A stretch of DNA of 64,000 bases. It comes from an uncultured Planctomycetales bacterium. GTDB taxonomy: Bacteria; Omnitrophota; Gorgyraeia; Zapsychrales; JANLHA01. Each line of letters begins with the position of its first letter. The first letter of the stretch is position 1. The stretch covers positions 26,094 through 90,093 of the forward strand of contig CAZAXH010000005.1 of NCBI GenBank assembly GCA_964489065.1, in the 5' to 3' direction. Shown one piece after another: positions 37,850-49,858 of this stretch. Made by a program: the position numbers and the translations under genes. The notes under the pieces are model-generated. The model had not been told where the DNA came from and did no database searches. It worked only from the letters and a program-made list of their open reading frames with translations.

Positions 37850-39013
37850 GTGAAAGGACAATATTTTTTTACTTCTGAATCCGTTGGGGCAGGACATCCT
37901 GATAAGGTCTGCGATCAAATTTCTGACGCGGTTTTGGACAGCGTGCTTGCAAGTGATCCGGCGGGGCGGGTGGCGTGTGAAACATTTGTTACCACAGGCC
38001 TTGTTATTGTTGGGGGAGAAATTACCACCAAGGCTTATATTGATGTTCAGAAGCTGGTCCGCCGGGTTTTGACGGAAATAGGATATACCCATATTAAATA
38101 CGGGTTCAGCGCGCAGACGTGTTCGATTTTAAATGCGATTAACAGCCAGTCCCCGGATATCGCCCAAGGGGTGGATGCCGGTGGAGCCGGGGATCAGGGG
38201 ATTATGATCGGTTACGCGTGCAATGAAACCCCGGAGCTGATGCCTCTGCCGCTTATGCTGGCGCATCACCTGGTCAGAAGAATTGCGGATGTCCGGGTGA
38301 ACCAGGAACTGGATTATCTGGGGCCGGACTGCAAGAGCCAGGTGACGGTGGAATATCGTGACGGCGTCCCTCAGCGGGTGGACGCGGTTGTGTTGGCCTG
38401 TCAGCACACGGATAAAATCCTTGATAAAACCGGGAAGAGGATCACGGAAGAATCCAAACAGGAAATTATAAAAACCATTGCTTTGCCGGTTTTAAAAGAC
38501 CTGGTTGATCGTAATACAAAATATTACGTGAACGAGACAGGGAAATTTCTGGTCGGCGGGCCGCAGTCGGATACGGGGATGACCGGACGGAAGATCATCG
38601 TGGACACATATGGCGGGATTGTTTCGCATGGCGGTGGCGCTTTCTCCGGTAAGGACCCGACCAAGGTGGACCGGTCTGCGACTTACATGGCGCGTTATGT
38701 GGCTAAGAATATCGTGGCGGCTGAGCTGGCGGAGAAATGCTGGATTCAGGTCGGGTACGCCATCGGTAAGGCGGAGCCGGTTAGCGTTATGGTTGATACG
38801 TTCGGCACGGGAAAAATTCCGGAACAAAAGCTTGTTGAATTGGTCCGTAAACACTTTGATTTGACCCCCCGGGGTATCATTAAAACATTGAATCTGCTGC
38901 AGCCGATTTATCAGAAGACAGCGGCTTACGGACATTTCGGCCGGAAAGAATTTTCCTGGGAGCAGACCGACAAAGCCGCGGTTCTCAAGAAAGAGGCGCT
39001 GGTGGCTGTGTAG
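37850..39013 (+). CDS. metK: S-adenosylmethionine synthetase
   Basis: GTG start; [36 protein letters not shown] and the C-terminal [16 protein letters not shown] are canonical MetK. Confidence 0.95.
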   Translation: MKGQYFFTSESVGAGHPDKVCDQISDAVLDSVLASDPAGRVACETFVTTGLVIVGGEITTKAYIDVQKLVRRVLTEIGYTHIKYGFSAQTCSILNAINSQSPDIAQGVDAGGAGDQGIMIGYACNETPELMPLPLMLAHHLVRRIADVRVNQELDYLGPDCKSQVTVEYRDGVPQRVDAVVLACQHTDKILDKTGKRITEESKQEIIKTIALPVLKDLVDRNTKYYVNETGKFLVGGPQSDTGMTGRKIIVDTYGGIVSHGGGAFSGKDPTKVDRSATYMARYVAKNIVAAELAEKCWIQVGYAIGKAEPVSVMVDTFGTGKIPEQKLVELVRKHFDLTPRGIIKTLNLLQPIYQKTAAYGHFGRKEFSWEQTDKAAVLKKEALVAV

Positions 39014-39087
39014 CCGTTTCCTGTGCCGGGTTAAGCGTGGTTACTAATGGGGGGTAAGTGGTCTTTTGATAAAGAAGCGAGGGGGTT

Positions 39088-40506
39088 ATGAAACCAATGA
39101 CAGCGATGTTTCAGGATTATAAAGTGAAGGACTTGGGGCTGGCGGCCTGGGGGCACAAAGAAATAGAGCTGGCGGAAGTTGAAATGCCGGGGCTGATGTC
39201 GCTCCGGGCCAAATATGCCAAAGAGCAGCCTCTCAAAGGGGCGCGTATTACCGGTTCTCTGCACATGACGATTCAGACGGCGGTCTTGATCAAGACCCTG
39301 ACGGCTTTAGGCGCGGATGTGCGGTGGGCCAGCTGTAATATTTTTTCAACCCAGGATCACGCCGCGGCGGCGATAGCCGATTTGGGCGTGCCGGTGTTTG
39401 CCTGGAAAGGGGAAAATCTGAAAGACTATTGGTGGTGTACGAAGCAGGCCTTGTCTTTCCCGGATGGTCAGGGCCCCCATATGATCGTTGACGATGGGGG
39501 AGACGCGACGTTGATGGTTCACAAGGGGTATGAGGCGGAGAATGACCCGGCCATTCTTGATAAGGCGGTTGACGCCGAAGATGAGAAGCAACTTCTGGCC
39601 TGTTTGAAAGAGATATTGACCCAGGATCCTCAGAAATGGCACCGGGCGGTCAAGGATATCTGCGGGGTTTCTGAGGAAACCACGACGGGCGTACATCGTC
39701 TTTACCAGATGGTGCAGGAGGGGACGCTGCTTTTCCCCGCTATCAATGTGAATGATTCGGTGACAAAATCCAAGTTTGATAACCTTTACGGCTGCCGGGA
39801 ATCCTTAGCCGACGGCATCAAACGGGCCACGGATATTATGATCGCCGGGAAGATTGTCGTGGTGTGCGGGTACGGTGATGTGGGCAAGGGGTGCGCCCGG
39901 TCTATGCGCAGTTACGGCGCGCGTGTTATCGTGACCGAGGTTGACCCCATTTGCGCTCTGCAGGCCGCTATGGAAGGATTTGAAGTCAAACGGATGGAAA
40001 GCCTCCTGGATATCGGCGATATTTATGTCACGGCCACCGGGAACTGTTGTGTCATTACCGCGGAGCATATGTCCCGCATGAAAGACAAGGCCATTGTGTG
40101 CAATATTGGGCATTTTGACAACGAAATTCAGATGAATAAATTGGAAAAATGGCCGGGGATCAGAAGGGTTAATATTAAGCCCCAGGTTGATCAGTATTGC
40201 TTCCCGACCGGAAAATCCATTATCATTCTGGCGGAAGGGAGGCTGGTGAACCTGGGTTGCGCGACCGGGCATCCGTCTTTTGTTATGAGCAACTCGTTTA
40301 CCAACCAGGTTTTAGCCCAGCTTGATCTTTGGGCCAGCCGTAAACCGGTCGACGTCTATCGGCTTCCTAAATATCTTGATGAAGAAGTCGCCCGTTTGCA
40401 TTTGGCGCATGTGGGAGCCGAGCTGACTGTCCTGACTCCCGAACAGGCGAAATATATAGGTGTTTCACCCGAAGGCCCCTATAAGCCCGAGCATTACAGA
40501 TACTAA
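39088..40506 (+). CDS. ahcY: Adenosylhomocysteinase
   Basis: [28 protein letters not shown] and the NAD-binding [13 protein letters not shown] are present; 472 aa. Confidence 0.95.
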   Translation: MKPMTAMFQDYKVKDLGLAAWGHKEIELAEVEMPGLMSLRAKYAKEQPLKGARITGSLHMTIQTAVLIKTLTALGADVRWASCNIFSTQDHAAAAIADLGVPVFAWKGENLKDYWWCTKQALSFPDGQGPHMIVDDGGDATLMVHKGYEAENDPAILDKAVDAEDEKQLLACLKEILTQDPQKWHRAVKDICGVSEETTTGVHRLYQMVQEGTLLFPAINVNDSVTKSKFDNLYGCRESLADGIKRATDIMIAGKIVVVCGYGDVGKGCARSMRSYGARVIVTEVDPICALQAAMEGFEVKRMESLLDIGDIYVTATGNCCVITAEHMSRMKDKAIVCNIGHFDNEIQMNKLEKWPGIRRVNIKPQVDQYCFPTGKSIIILAEGRLVNLGCATGHPSFVMSNSFTNQVLAQLDLWASRKPVDVYRLPKYLDEEVARLHLAHVGAELTVLTPEQAKYIGVSPEGPYKPEHYRY

Positions 40507-40532
40507 GCGGTGTCTTGTTGTCTCCTCATCTC

Positions 40533-40567
40533 AGGCCTTCTTTTTTTGCAAGAAGGCCTCTTCATTT
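40533..40567 (+). terminator. Rho-independent terminator after ahcY
   Basis: Stem aggccttct / agaaggcct (9 bp) with loop ttttttgca, followed by cttcattttc. Confidence 0.55.
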
Positions 40568-40777
40568 TCGGGCGGTCTTGAGGTCAGTGGCGGGTGCAAG
40601 GTTGATCCTGATCGAAAGAATGGTGGCGTCTTGCGTGTCTCCCGGAGAGTCCCGAGACATGCGGATTCCCGGAATTTAAGGACGGAGGCTTGGGTAAGGC
40701 CATAAAGGTGTTAACATTAAAACTAAAATATGATACAATAACGGCAATTTTAAACCAGAAAAGAAGGGAAGAAGGAA

Positions 40778-41770
40778 ATGGCAAAGATTTATTATGACAA
40801 GGATGCAAGCTTGGACAGTATCAAAGACCGCACGATCGCGATTATCGGTTACGGCATTCAGGGGCGGGGGCAGGCACTCAACCTCCGTGACAGCGGGCTG
40901 AAAGTTATTGTGAGCGAACTGGAAGGCACGGAAAATTATAAGACGGCGGTGGCGGATGGTTTCGCGCCGATGGACGCCAAAAAAGCGGCCAAGAAAGCGG
41001 ATATCATTCAGATTTTGACCCAGGATCATATCCAGGCGATGCTTTACCGCAAGGCGATCAAGAAGAATTTAACCGCCGGGAAAGCCCTGGTTTTTTCTCA
41101 CGGTTTTAATATCCATTTTAAACAGATTATTCCGTCTCCGGATGTGGATGTCTGGATGATCGCTCCGAAGGGGCCGGGGGCGTTGGTCCGGCGTCAATAC
41201 GAAGAAGGCAAAGGGGTCCCCTGTCTGGTGGCTATTCAGCAGAATGCGACCGGACACGCTTTGAAGGACGCGTTGGCTTATGCGAAGGGAATTGGAGGCA
41301 CCCGGGCCGGGGTTTTAGAGACGACGTTTAAGGAAGAGACCGAAACGGATTTGTTCGGGGAACAGACGGTTTTGTGCGGGGGCGCCTCGGAACTGGTGAA
41401 GGCCGGGTATGAGACGCTTGTCGAGGCGGGATATCAGCCGGAAATCGCTTATTTTGAATGCCTTCACGAACTTAAACTTATCGTGGATTTGTTTTATGAA
41501 TACGGGATTCAGGGCATGCGCCAGCGGGTTTCTGATACCGCGGAATACGGGGATTACAGCCGCGGTATACGGATTATCAATGACCGCACGCGCAAGGAAA
41601 TGAAGAAAATCCTCAAGGAAATACAGTCAGGGAAATTTGCCCGGGAATGGATGCGGGAAAATAAAAAAGGCCGTCCGAATTTCAACGCGATGCGCAATGA
41701 ATCTAAAAACCATCCGATTGAAAAAGTCGGTGAACGGTTGCGCGCCATGATGCCCTGGATGAAGAAATGA
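40778..41770 (+). CDS. ilvC: Ketol-acid reductoisomerase
   Basis: [21 protein letters not shown] is the Rossmann motif; 330 aa (class I). Confidence 0.95.
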   Translation: MAKIYYDKDASLDSIKDRTIAIIGYGIQGRGQALNLRDSGLKVIVSELEGTENYKTAVADGFAPMDAKKAAKKADIIQILTQDHIQAMLYRKAIKKNLTAGKALVFSHGFNIHFKQIIPSPDVDVWMIAPKGPGALVRRQYEEGKGVPCLVAIQQNATGHALKDALAYAKGIGGTRAGVLETTFKEETETDLFGEQTVLCGGASELVKAGYETLVEAGYQPEIAYFECLHELKLIVDLFYEYGIQGMRQRVSDTAEYGDYSRGIRIINDRTRKEMKKILKEIQSGKFAREWMRENKKGRPNFNAMRNESKNHPIEKVGERLRAMMPWMKK

Positions 41771-41840
41771 GGATGGTCAGGCGGAATGTTGTCAGTGTTC
41801 CGGGGTCCGGGAGGGAGTTCCTGGGATAAGGGGATTTAAT

Positions 41841-43373
41841 ATGAGTAATGCTGATAAAGTATTGATTTTTGATACCACACTGAGGGATGGGGAACAGGCG
41901 CCGGGTGCCAGCATGAATATGGGCGAGAAGCTTGAAGTGGCTCTCCAGTTGGAAAAACTGGGTGTTGACATCATCGAGGCCGGGTTCCCGGTGATTTCTC
42001 CCGGGGATTTTGAGTCGGTAAAGACGGTGGCGAAAAAGGTTAAGAATGCCGTAATTTGCGGCCTGGCCCGATCGATCAAAAAAGATATTGATGCGGCGTA
42101 TGACGCGGTCAAGCTAGCCCGGGCCGGCCGGATCCATGTTTTCTTGGCCACGTCAAAAATTCATATGGAGCACAAGTTAAGAAAAAGCAAGGAAGAGATT
42201 GTCCGGATGGCGGTCGACGCGGTTAAATACGCGAAGACAAAAATTCCGGATATTGAATTCTCCCCTGAGGATGCCTCGCGCACGGAGCGTGAATTTCTGT
42301 TTTGTATTTTGGAACAGGTGATCAAAGCGGGGGCGAAAACCGTTAATATCCCTGATACTGTCGGCTACAGCATGCCTGCGGAATATGGGCAACTGATCGC
42401 GGATATTAAAAAAAATGTGCCGAACATCCATAAAGCGGTTATCTCCGTGCATTGTCACAATGATTTGGGGCTGGGGGTTGCCAATTCGCTGATGGCCGTT
42501 AAGAATGGCGCCCGGCAGGTGGAGTGCACGATCAACGGGATCGGTGAGCGGGCCGGAAATGCCTCGATGGAAGAGATCGTGATGGCGCTGCGGACACGGG
42601 CGGATTTTTACGGGTGTTCCACGAACATTAACACCCGGGAAATCTGCAAGGCCTCCCGGCTAGTCTCCCGGTTTACCGGTTTTCTTGTGCCCCCTAATAA
42701 GGCGATTGTCGGGAGCAACGCGTTCCGGCATGAGGCGGGTATTCATCAGGATGGGATTTTAAAAGACCGGGCGACTTATGAAATTATGAGTCCGGAGGAT
42801 GTCGGCTTCGTGGGAACCGGCCTGGTTCTGGGGAAACATTCCGGCCGGCACGCTTTTAAAGTCCGGCTAAAGTCTCTGGGAATCGAATTGAAAGAGGATC
42901 AAATGGACGCCGCGTTCGAGAGGTTTAAGGTTTTGGCGGATAAGAAAAAACAGGTCTTCGACGAGGATTTGATCGCCATTGTTGAGGAAGAAATCAAAGT
43001 TATGAAGCGGATATGGTTTTTGGATGATCTTGTCACCACCAGCGGGGCGAAGATCACCCCGGAAATTAAGATTGTATTGAAGTCCAAGGGCCGGAAGTAT
43101 ACCAAGGTGTCCTCGGGCGACGGGCCGGTTGATGCCTGTTACAAGGCTATTGACGCCATTACGAAGCTTAAAGGGAAATTGTTGGATTATTCTATTCAGT
43201 CTGTCACTGAGGGGAAAGACGCGTTAGGGGAAGTGACGATCCGGCTGAAAATTAACGATAAGATTGTCATCGCCCGGGGGACCAGTACAGATATTATCGT
43301 CGCCTCCGCGAAAGCGTATATTGAGGCCATCAATAAGGCGCTTGCGCATGGGGATTTGCGCGACGTCCAGTAA
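41841..43373 (+). CDS. leuA: 2-isopropylmalate synthase (or closely related citramalate synthase)
   Basis: [14 protein letters not shown] and [14 protein letters not shown] motifs plus a C-terminal LeuA-dimer regulatory domain. Confidence 0.85.
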   Translation: MSNADKVLIFDTTLRDGEQAPGASMNMGEKLEVALQLEKLGVDIIEAGFPVISPGDFESVKTVAKKVKNAVICGLARSIKKDIDAAYDAVKLARAGRIHVFLATSKIHMEHKLRKSKEEIVRMAVDAVKYAKTKIPDIEFSPEDASRTEREFLFCILEQVIKAGAKTVNIPDTVGYSMPAEYGQLIADIKKNVPNIHKAVISVHCHNDLGLGVANSLMAVKNGARQVECTINGIGERAGNASMEEIVMALRTRADFYGCSTNINTREICKASRLVSRFTGFLVPPNKAIVGSNAFRHEAGIHQDGILKDRATYEIMSPEDVGFVGTGLVLGKHSGRHAFKVRLKSLGIELKEDQMDAAFERFKVLADKKKQVFDEDLIAIVEEEIKVMKRIWFLDDLVTTSGAKITPEIKIVLKSKGRKYTKVSSGDGPVDACYKAIDAITKLKGKLLDYSIQSVTEGKDALGEVTIRLKINDKIVIARGTSTDIIVASAKAYIEAINKALAHGDLRDVQ

Positions 43374-43450
43374 GGGCAGAAGGTCCGTCCTTTAATTTAA
43401 ATTTGCTTTTCCTGCCCCGGCCGTTAAAGAGGCCGGCCTGAAAATAAATC

Positions 43451-44317
43451 ATGCAACAGCAGAAATCAACATATGGTTTGGTGGGGTATCCTGTTCAGCA
43501 TTCCCTGTCCCCGCTCATGCATAATGCCGCTTTTGCGGAGTTGGGCGTGGACGCTGTCTATAAACTTTTTCCTCTGCGGGAAGAAGAGCTAAGTGATTTT
43601 TTCTCGGATTTAAAGAAGGAGAACAGTCCGATTTTTGGCTTAAACGTGACCATCCCGTATAAAGAAAAAGCACTCGCGTACATGGACAGCCTGTCACCGT
43701 TTGCGGAGAAGGTCGGGGCGGTGAATACGGTGGTGGTGTCTGCCAAAAGGAAATTAACCGGCCATAACACTGACGGTCCGGGTTTCCTGACCCATTTGAC
43801 GGAACTGGGTTTTAACACAGCCGGAAAACGGATCTCCATCCTGGGGGCCGGAGGAGCCACCAGGGCTATTGTTACTGTTTTGTGCCTTGTTCCGGAACAG
43901 CCGGAAGCGGTCCTGATTTATGATATTGACCATAATAAGGCCGAGGCTCTTGTCCAGGATCTTGGACAGCGCTTTGATACCGGGCTGATTAACGTGGTCC
44001 ACAGCCTGGATGACCTTAATGTGGAGATTGCCGATCTTTTGATCAACGCCACTCCGGTCGGGATGAAGGCTTCCGATCCCTGCCTTCTGGAAGGATTTCA
44101 GATCCCGAGGGATATGCTCGTTTATGACCTGATTTATAACCCGGAGGAGACTCGACTTTTAAAATGGGCCAAAGCGCAGGGGGCTAAAGCATCCAACGGG
44201 TTAGGGATGCTTTATTATCAGGGAGTTCTGGCGTTTCAGCATTGGGCGGATGTCCAGTTGGACAAGGCCGTTAAAGACAAGATGTGGGCCAGTTTAAAGA
44301 CAGGATTAAAATCATGA
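43451..44317 (+). CDS. aroE: Shikimate dehydrogenase
   Basis: YGLVGYPVQHSLSPLMHNAAF and ILGAGGATRAI motifs. Confidence 0.85.
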   Translation: MQQQKSTYGLVGYPVQHSLSPLMHNAAFAELGVDAVYKLFPLREEELSDFFSDLKKENSPIFGLNVTIPYKEKALAYMDSLSPFAEKVGAVNTVVVSAKRKLTGHNTDGPGFLTHLTELGFNTAGKRISILGAGGATRAIVTVLCLVPEQPEAVLIYDIDHNKAEALVQDLGQRFDTGLINVVHSLDDLNVEIADLLINATPVGMKASDPCLLEGFQIPRDMLVYDLIYNPEETRLLKWAKAQGAKASNGLGMLYYQGVLAFQHWADVQLDKAVKDKMWASLKTGLKS

Positions 44318-45129
44318 TAGAACATGCAGTCATTTCAGGTTTAGTTTTTATTTTTGGCGCCATTGTCGGCAGTTTTCTGAATGTTTGTATTGTGCGTTTG
44401 CCCCGTGAAGAATCCGTTGTGACTCCCCGATCCCATTGTGTCCATTGCAAAACCCTGATCCCCTGGTATGATAATATCCCGTTTATCAGTTATATCCTTT
44501 TAGGCGGCCGATGCCGGACCTGTAAGAAACCCATTTCTTTTCGTTATGTTTTAGTCGAATTCCTGACGGCGTGTTGTTTCTTTTTCTTCTATCAAATTTA
44601 CGGCTTGACCGCTATTGGGGCAGCCTACTTGGTCATGGTGTGCGGTTTTATCGTTGCTATTTTTGTCGATTTTGAACACCGCATTATCCCGGATGAAATC
44701 AGCGTAGGAGGGATGTTCGCCGGCCTTCTTTTCAGCCTTTTTATTCCGGCCCTGCACGGATATGAAGCCGGACCCGGTCTATGGCCGTTTGTTCAATCTT
44801 TTGGCCAGGCGCTGTTGGGCGTACTCGTGGGAGGAGGGGCTATTTATGCCATGGGGCTTTTAGGTGATTTTATTTTTAAGAAAGAATCCATGGGCGGCGG
44901 TGACGTGAAACTTTTGGCGATGATTGGCGCCTTTTTAGGCTGGAAATCAGCATTGTTGACCTTTTTTATCGCTCCTTTTTTCGGTGCGGTATACGGCATT
45001 GTTGAAAAAATCAGAACTAAAGACAGCGCTATTGCTTACGGCCCTTTTCTGGTCTTGGGGGCCCTTATTAGCATGTTTTACAGAGATGCGATTATTGCCT
45101 GGATTAAAGGCGGCTACGGGTTATACTGA
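44314..45129 (+). CDS. pilD: Prepilin peptidase (A24 family, PilD-like)
   Basis: The N-terminal Zn-binding CVHC...CRTC tetracysteine is present, with multiple TM helices and the catalytic region ...IPDEISVGG.../GGGDVKLLAMIGAFLG. The start overlaps the aroE stop (ATGA). Confidence 0.8.
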   Translation: MIEHAVISGLVFIFGAIVGSFLNVCIVRLPREESVVTPRSHCVHCKTLIPWYDNIPFISYILLGGRCRTCKKPISFRYVLVEFLTACCFFFFYQIYGLTAIGAAYLVMVCGFIVAIFVDFEHRIIPDEISVGGMFAGLLFSLFIPALHGYEAGPGLWPFVQSFGQALLGVLVGGGAIYAMGLLGDFIFKKESMGGGDVKLLAMIGAFLGWKSALLTFFIAPFFGAVYGIVEKIRTKDSAIAYGPFLVLGALISMFYRDAIIAWIKGGYGLY

Positions 45130-45228
45130 TTTTGGGCAGAAGTTATATGTTTTTTTATGACCCAACCCTTCAAGGTTGGGTTTATTTATTAATATTAATA
45201 TTAATCGGTTTGACACCCCATAGGTGTT

Positions 45229-45777
45229 ATGTTAAAATCCAGCGTGAAAAATAATATTGTGCTGATAGGGTTTATGGGAGCCGGTAAGTCTTTGCTTTCC
45301 CAGCGTTTGTCCGTTAGGCTTAATTGGACGGTCCTATCAACGGATGATCTTATTGTCAAAAGAGAAGGCCGGCCTATAACTGACATCTTCGCCCAGTCCG
45401 GGGAACCGTATTTCCGGGCTGTGGAAAAGAAGGTGGTGAGTGATATTGCGAGGAAGGACGAGATCATTATTGATTGCGGGGGAGGGGTTGTTTTGGATCC
45501 GGAGAATCTGGCCGTTCTTAAGCAGAAAGGAGTTGTTTTTTATCTTTCGGCCACGCCTGAAAAAATTTATCAGCGTATTAAAGATCAGACACACAGGCCT
45601 TTATTGAACGTCCCCGACCCCTTGGCCCGTCTTGAAGAATTGTTGGCGAAACGGCAGGCTTTTTATGAACAGGCTGATTATACCATTGACACAAATGATA
45701 ACGACTGGCAAAGAGTTTGTGAAGAGATCGAAATGATCATGAGTGAGCGCGCAAAGAACATGTCCCCTGATAAATGA
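45229..45777 (+). CDS. aroK: Shikimate kinase
   Basis: Walker A IVLIGFMGAGKS; about 180 aa. Confidence 0.85.
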   Translation: MLKSSVKNNIVLIGFMGAGKSLLSQRLSVRLNWTVLSTDDLIVKREGRPITDIFAQSGEPYFRAVEKKVVSDIARKDEIIIDCGGGVVLDPENLAVLKQKGVVFYLSATPEKIYQRIKDQTHRPLLNVPDPLARLEELLAKRQAFYEQADYTIDTNDNDWQRVCEEIEMIMSERAKNMSPDK

Positions 45778-45804
45778 CCCCGTATTTTTTTAGAGAAAGC
45801 GGGC

Positions 45805-46938
45805 ATGACGGAAAAGGAAGCAGTGGTCGTTTTAAACGCAGTCCCGGGACTCTCCAATCGTATGATTTCGCGGTTAGTCGGAGAGTTGGGGACGGCCAAG
45901 GCGGTTTTGGTTGCTGGGCCGAGGACTCTTGCGGCGGTCGGTGACGTTTCTTCTGTTGCGGTTAAAAATATCGGCTGCTTCAGACAGGACGAATTTTTAA
46001 AGGAAGAAACGGCCCTGTGTTCCGCCCTGCAGGTTCGGGTGACTACGCGTTGGGAAGAGTCTTTCCCGAGAATTTTAAAACAGATCCCGGATTGTCCGGT
46101 TGTTCTTTATCATAAAGGTGATATTCAGCCTGCCGACGAAAGATCGGTTGCGATTGTCGGTTCACGCCGCGCGACACTTTACGGACGCCTTATGGCGGAA
46201 CAACTGGCGTCTCGGCTCGCGGATTTGGGGATAACAATTGTGTCCGGGCTGGCCCGGGGGATTGATTCTGCCGCGCATACAGGCAGCTTGAAGGCCCGTG
46301 GCCGGACATTGGCGGTTTTAGGCTGTGGTTTAAATCGGATTTATCCTCCGGAGAATGAAGAGTTACTGGAGGGCATTTCCCGCAACGGCGCGGTTGTGTC
46401 GGAATTCCCGCTTAAAACCCCGCCTTTACGCTACAATTTCCCTAGGAGAAACCGGATTATCAGCGGTTTGTCCTTGGGGGTCATTGTTGTGGAAGCTCAT
46501 CGCAGAAGCGGGGCCTTGATCACCAGCCGTTTCGCCTTGGAGCAGGGCCGGGAGGTTTTTGCCGTCCCGGGGAGAATTGATCAGCCCGCCGCCTGGGGCA
46601 CCAATCAGCTGATTAAGGACGGGGCGAAACTTATCCTGGGGGTTGAAGATGTCCTGGCAGAACTTCAAATCCCTTTAAGAAATTGTCCGAGGCCGGCATT
46701 TATTCTGGAGGGGCACCCCCGCCGCGAAGGTGAAGAGCCTGCGGCGGACGTACGGTTAACGGCTGAGCAACAGCTTATCTATAACACATTGGATAAGACC
46801 CCGCGGCACATTGATGATCTGGCGGTTCAATGCCGGAAGTCAGCGGCGGGCATGATGGAATCGCTTTTGCAGTTGGAATTACGGGGTTTTGTAAAAAGAT
46901 GGCCAGGTCAATATTATTCAAAAATTGAACAGTTATAG
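45805..46938 (+). CDS. dprA: DNA processing protein DprA (Smf)
   Basis: ...VAIVGSRRATLYG...IVSGLARGIDSAAH... is the Rossmann-like DprA core. The gene lies upstream of topA, a conserved pairing. Confidence 0.85.
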   Translation: MTEKEAVVVLNAVPGLSNRMISRLVGELGTAKAVLVAGPRTLAAVGDVSSVAVKNIGCFRQDEFLKEETALCSALQVRVTTRWEESFPRILKQIPDCPVVLYHKGDIQPADERSVAIVGSRRATLYGRLMAEQLASRLADLGITIVSGLARGIDSAAHTGSLKARGRTLAVLGCGLNRIYPPENEELLEGISRNGAVVSEFPLKTPPLRYNFPRRNRIISGLSLGVIVVEAHRRSGALITSRFALEQGREVFAVPGRIDQPAAWGTNQLIKDGAKLILGVEDVLAELQIPLRNCPRPAFILEGHPRREGEEPAADVRLTAEQQLIYNTLDKTPRHIDDLAVQCRKSAAGMMESLLQLELRGFVKRWPGQYYSKIEQL

Positions 46939-46946
46939 GATATTTT

Positions 46947-48929
46947 ATGGCAAAAACCAAACCGCTCGTTATTGTCGAATCTCCGGCCAAGATAAAAACA
47001 ATTAGCCGTATCCTCGGTGATAAATATAAAGTTGTTTCTTCCATGGGACATTTAATTGACCTTCCCAAGTCTACCCTCGGAGTCGACGTTGAAAACGATT
47101 TTGTGCCGCGTTTTATCGTTTTGCGGAATAAACAGAAGATCCTGACCAAGCTCAAGAAAGAAGCGGAAACCAAAAAGGAAATTTATTTCGCGACCGACCC
47201 TGACCGAGAAGGAGAAGCGATCGGCTGGAACCTCATTCCTTACATAGGGGAAGGGAAAAAAGTATACCGTGTCACTTTCCAGGAAATTACCAAAGAGGCG
47301 GTCCTGAGGGCGTTTAAACATCCCCGGGAATTTAACGAGCATCTCATTAAAGCCCAGGTGGCCAGGCGTGTCCTGGACCGGATTGTTGGATATAAAATCA
47401 GCCCCTTGTTATGGAAAAAAGTGGGGTCGCGCCTGAGCGCTGGCCGGGTGCAGTCGGTGGCGTTAAGGCTGATCGTCGACCGGGAACGAGCCATCGCCTC
47501 TTTTGTCCCGCAGGAATACTGGGAAATTGCCGTTGATCTTCAAAAATCCGGCTTGGAAATGGTCCTCACGGCCGCCCTGGAACGCATTGACGGTGAGAAA
47601 CCCGGGCTGACGACCCAGGCCCAGGTGGAGGATATTGTCAGGGACATTCAATCGGCGCATTTTGAGGTCAGCCGGGTGACGAAGAAAAATATTACCCGCA
47701 AATCATCCCCGCCATATATAACCAGTACGCTGCAACAGGATGCGTTTAACAAACTCGGATTCAGCGCCACACGCACGATGACGATTGCCCAGGAGCTTTA
47801 TGAAGGGATTGAAGTCGGGGAAAGTGAGCCGGTCGGGTTAATTACGTACATGAGAACGGACTCGGTTAATGTTTCCAAGGACGCCATCGCCAAAGTCCGG
47901 GATTTTATCGCCGCTTCTTACGGGCCGCCGTATTTGCCGGAGACGCCGAATGTCTTTAAATCCAAAAAGTCGGCCCAGGAAGCTCATGAGGCGATCCGTC
48001 CGACCAGCGTAAGCCGCAAGCCAGGGGACATCCGCTCGTATCTCGAGGAGGATCAGTTTAAACTTTATGATTTGATTTGGAAACGTTTTGTCAGCTCCCA
48101 GATGAGCCCCTCGGTCTATGAAAACAAGAAAATAGAAATTCAGGGGGGGCGTTTTCAACTGGGGGCCTCCGGTTCTTCCCTGCTTTTTGACGGGTATCTG
48201 CTGTTGCAGCAGGAACAGCGGGAGGAAGAGGTGAAAATGGATTTTACGCCCTATCATCAGGGCGATTCCTTGGAGACCCTTGAGGTCAAACCGTCCCAGC
48301 ATTTCACCAAGCCGCCGCCGCGGTTTTCCGATGCCAGCCTGGTGAAGGCCCTGGAAGAGGAAGGGATCGGCCGGCCCAGCACCTACGCATCGATTATTCA
48401 GACCTTGGTGTTCAGAAATTATGTCAACCGCGAACGGGGGTATTTTCGGGCCACAGAGCTGGGCATGCAGATATCTGACCTGCTGGTTGAATATTTTTCG
48501 CGAATCATGGATGTAAAATTTACGGCGGGGATGGAAGAGAGGTTGGATCAGGTTGAAGAAGGGAAGCTGGAGCATGTCGTGCTTTTGCGTGATTTTTACG
48601 AGCCGTTTAAAAAAGAACTAAATCACGCCATGGACACGATTGAGAAGGCGCAAAATTATGTCGATAAACAATGCCCGGAATGCGGGCGGCAGATGGTGGT
48701 GAAGTGGGGGCGGCGGGGCAAATTTTTAAGCTGTTCCGGATTCCCGAACTGCAAGTATGCCCAGCCGTTCACCTCAGGGATCCCCTGTCCGATTCCGGGG
48801 TGCTCCGGGGAATTGATCAAGCGGCGCTCCCGGCGCGGGCAGACATTTTACGGTTGCAGCAATTATCCGGAATGCACGTTTACGGACAGCAAGCTCCCGG
48901 AGAAGGCGGAGAAGGATTCCGGCTCTTAA
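46947..48929 (+). CDS. topA: DNA topoisomerase I
   Basis: The Toprim N-terminus LVIVESPAKIKTI is present, and the active-site Tyr context has the usual length. Two C-terminal C4 zinc ribbons are present (CPECGRQMV...CSGFPNC and CPIPGCSGEL...CSNYPEC). Confidence 0.95.
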   Translation: MAKTKPLVIVESPAKIKTISRILGDKYKVVSSMGHLIDLPKSTLGVDVENDFVPRFIVLRNKQKILTKLKKEAETKKEIYFATDPDREGEAIGWNLIPYIGEGKKVYRVTFQEITKEAVLRAFKHPREFNEHLIKAQVARRVLDRIVGYKISPLLWKKVGSRLSAGRVQSVALRLIVDRERAIASFVPQEYWEIAVDLQKSGLEMVLTAALERIDGEKPGLTTQAQVEDIVRDIQSAHFEVSRVTKKNITRKSSPPYITSTLQQDAFNKLGFSATRTMTIAQELYEGIEVGESEPVGLITYMRTDSVNVSKDAIAKVRDFIAASYGPPYLPETPNVFKSKKSAQEAHEAIRPTSVSRKPGDIRSYLEEDQFKLYDLIWKRFVSSQMSPSVYENKKIEIQGGRFQLGASGSSLLFDGYLLLQQEQREEEVKMDFTPYHQGDSLETLEVKPSQHFTKPPPRFSDASLVKALEEEGIGRPSTYASIIQTLVFRNYVNRERGYFRATELGMQISDLLVEYFSRIMDVKFTAGMEERLDQVEEGKLEHVVLLRDFYEPFKKELNHAMDTIEKAQNYVDKQCPECGRQMVVKWGRRGKFLSCSGFPNCKYAQPFTSGIPCPIPGCSGELIKRRSRRGQTFYGCSNYPECTFTDSKLPEKAEKDSGS

Positions 48930-48965
48930 GGGAACGGTGCCCTGATCCGGACGTCAACGGGGCTC

Positions 48966-49829
48966 TTGATGAACCGTTATATTGATAAATTTATAGCCTA
49001 CCTTCAGATTGAAAAAAATTTTTCTCCACACACCATTACGAACTACAGCCTGGATTTAACCGAGTTTATGGGGTTTATGGAGAACATGGCGGTGGAGCAT
49101 ATCCGCTATCTTCATCTCAGAAAATATCTGGCGCATTTGAGAACGCAGCAATTAAAGCCGCGCAGTATTGCCAGGAAACTTTCCTCTCTGCGGAGTTTTT
49201 TCCGTTTTTTGCAGAGGGAAGGCCTGATTCAGGAAAATCCGGCTGTTTTGCTTATAACGCCGAAGCTCGACAAAACCCTCCCGAAATTCCTATCCGAGAA
49301 AGAAATGGTGGCTCTTATTGAAGCTCCGGCCTTGGAGGCGCGGGCTGGCCGGAGAGACCGTGCCATTTTAGAAACGCTTTACAGTTCTGGCCTGCGGGTT
49401 TCGGAGCTGGTTGGGCTAGATGTCGATCACGTTGATTTTATCAGCAATATGCTTCGGGTCATGGGGAAAGGGAAGAAAGAACGGCTGGTGCCGGTCGGGG
49501 ACAAGGCGTTGGAGGCGTTGAAGGCTTATCTGGACGCCAGGAAAGCCCCTCACCGGGCTTTATTTTTAAATAAAAATGGAACCCGGCTTTCGAGCCGCAG
49601 TGTGCGGAACATTATCAACAAACATATCCTGGCCGCGAGCTTGGGGATGAAGGTTTCTCCTCATGTGCTGCGGCATTCTTTCGCCACGCATCTCCTGGAA
49701 CGGGGGGCAGATTTGCGTTCCGTGCAGGAACTGCTCGGGCATGTGAATTTGTCCACAACGCAGATTTATACGCATATCACAACCGAAAGACTGAAAGACG
49801 TGTATGACCGGGCCCACCCCCGGGCCTAA
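48966..49829 (+). CDS. xerC: Tyrosine recombinase XerC/XerD
   Basis: The catalytic motifs HVLRHSFATHLLERGADLR and LLGH...TTQIYTH (nucleophilic Tyr) are present, with a phage-integrase N-terminal SAM-like domain. The core-genome context favours Xer over a phage integrase. Confidence 0.8.
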   Translation: MMNRYIDKFIAYLQIEKNFSPHTITNYSLDLTEFMGFMENMAVEHIRYLHLRKYLAHLRTQQLKPRSIARKLSSLRSFFRFLQREGLIQENPAVLLITPKLDKTLPKFLSEKEMVALIEAPALEARAGRRDRAILETLYSSGLRVSELVGLDVDHVDFISNMLRVMGKGKKERLVPVGDKALEALKAYLDARKAPHRALFLNKNGTRLSSRSVRNIINKHILAASLGMKVSPHVLRHSFATHLLERGADLRSVQELLGHVNLSTTQIYTHITTERLKDVYDRAHPRA

Positions 49830-49858
49830 GAAGGGTCCCGGATGAGGCCGGGAAAAAT

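Noticed and set aside
40507-40777. 270-nt leader upstream of ilvC as attenuator/T-box
   Set aside because: No leader peptide rich in Ile/Val/Leu codons and no T-box specifier/antiterminator motif. The region contains the ahcY terminator and probably an ordinary promoter.
48966-49829. Tyrosine recombinase as marker of an integrated mobile element
   Set aside because: It sits in the conserved dprA-topA-xerC housekeeping context with no flanking phage or IS genes or repeats, so it is most likely chromosomal XerC/D.
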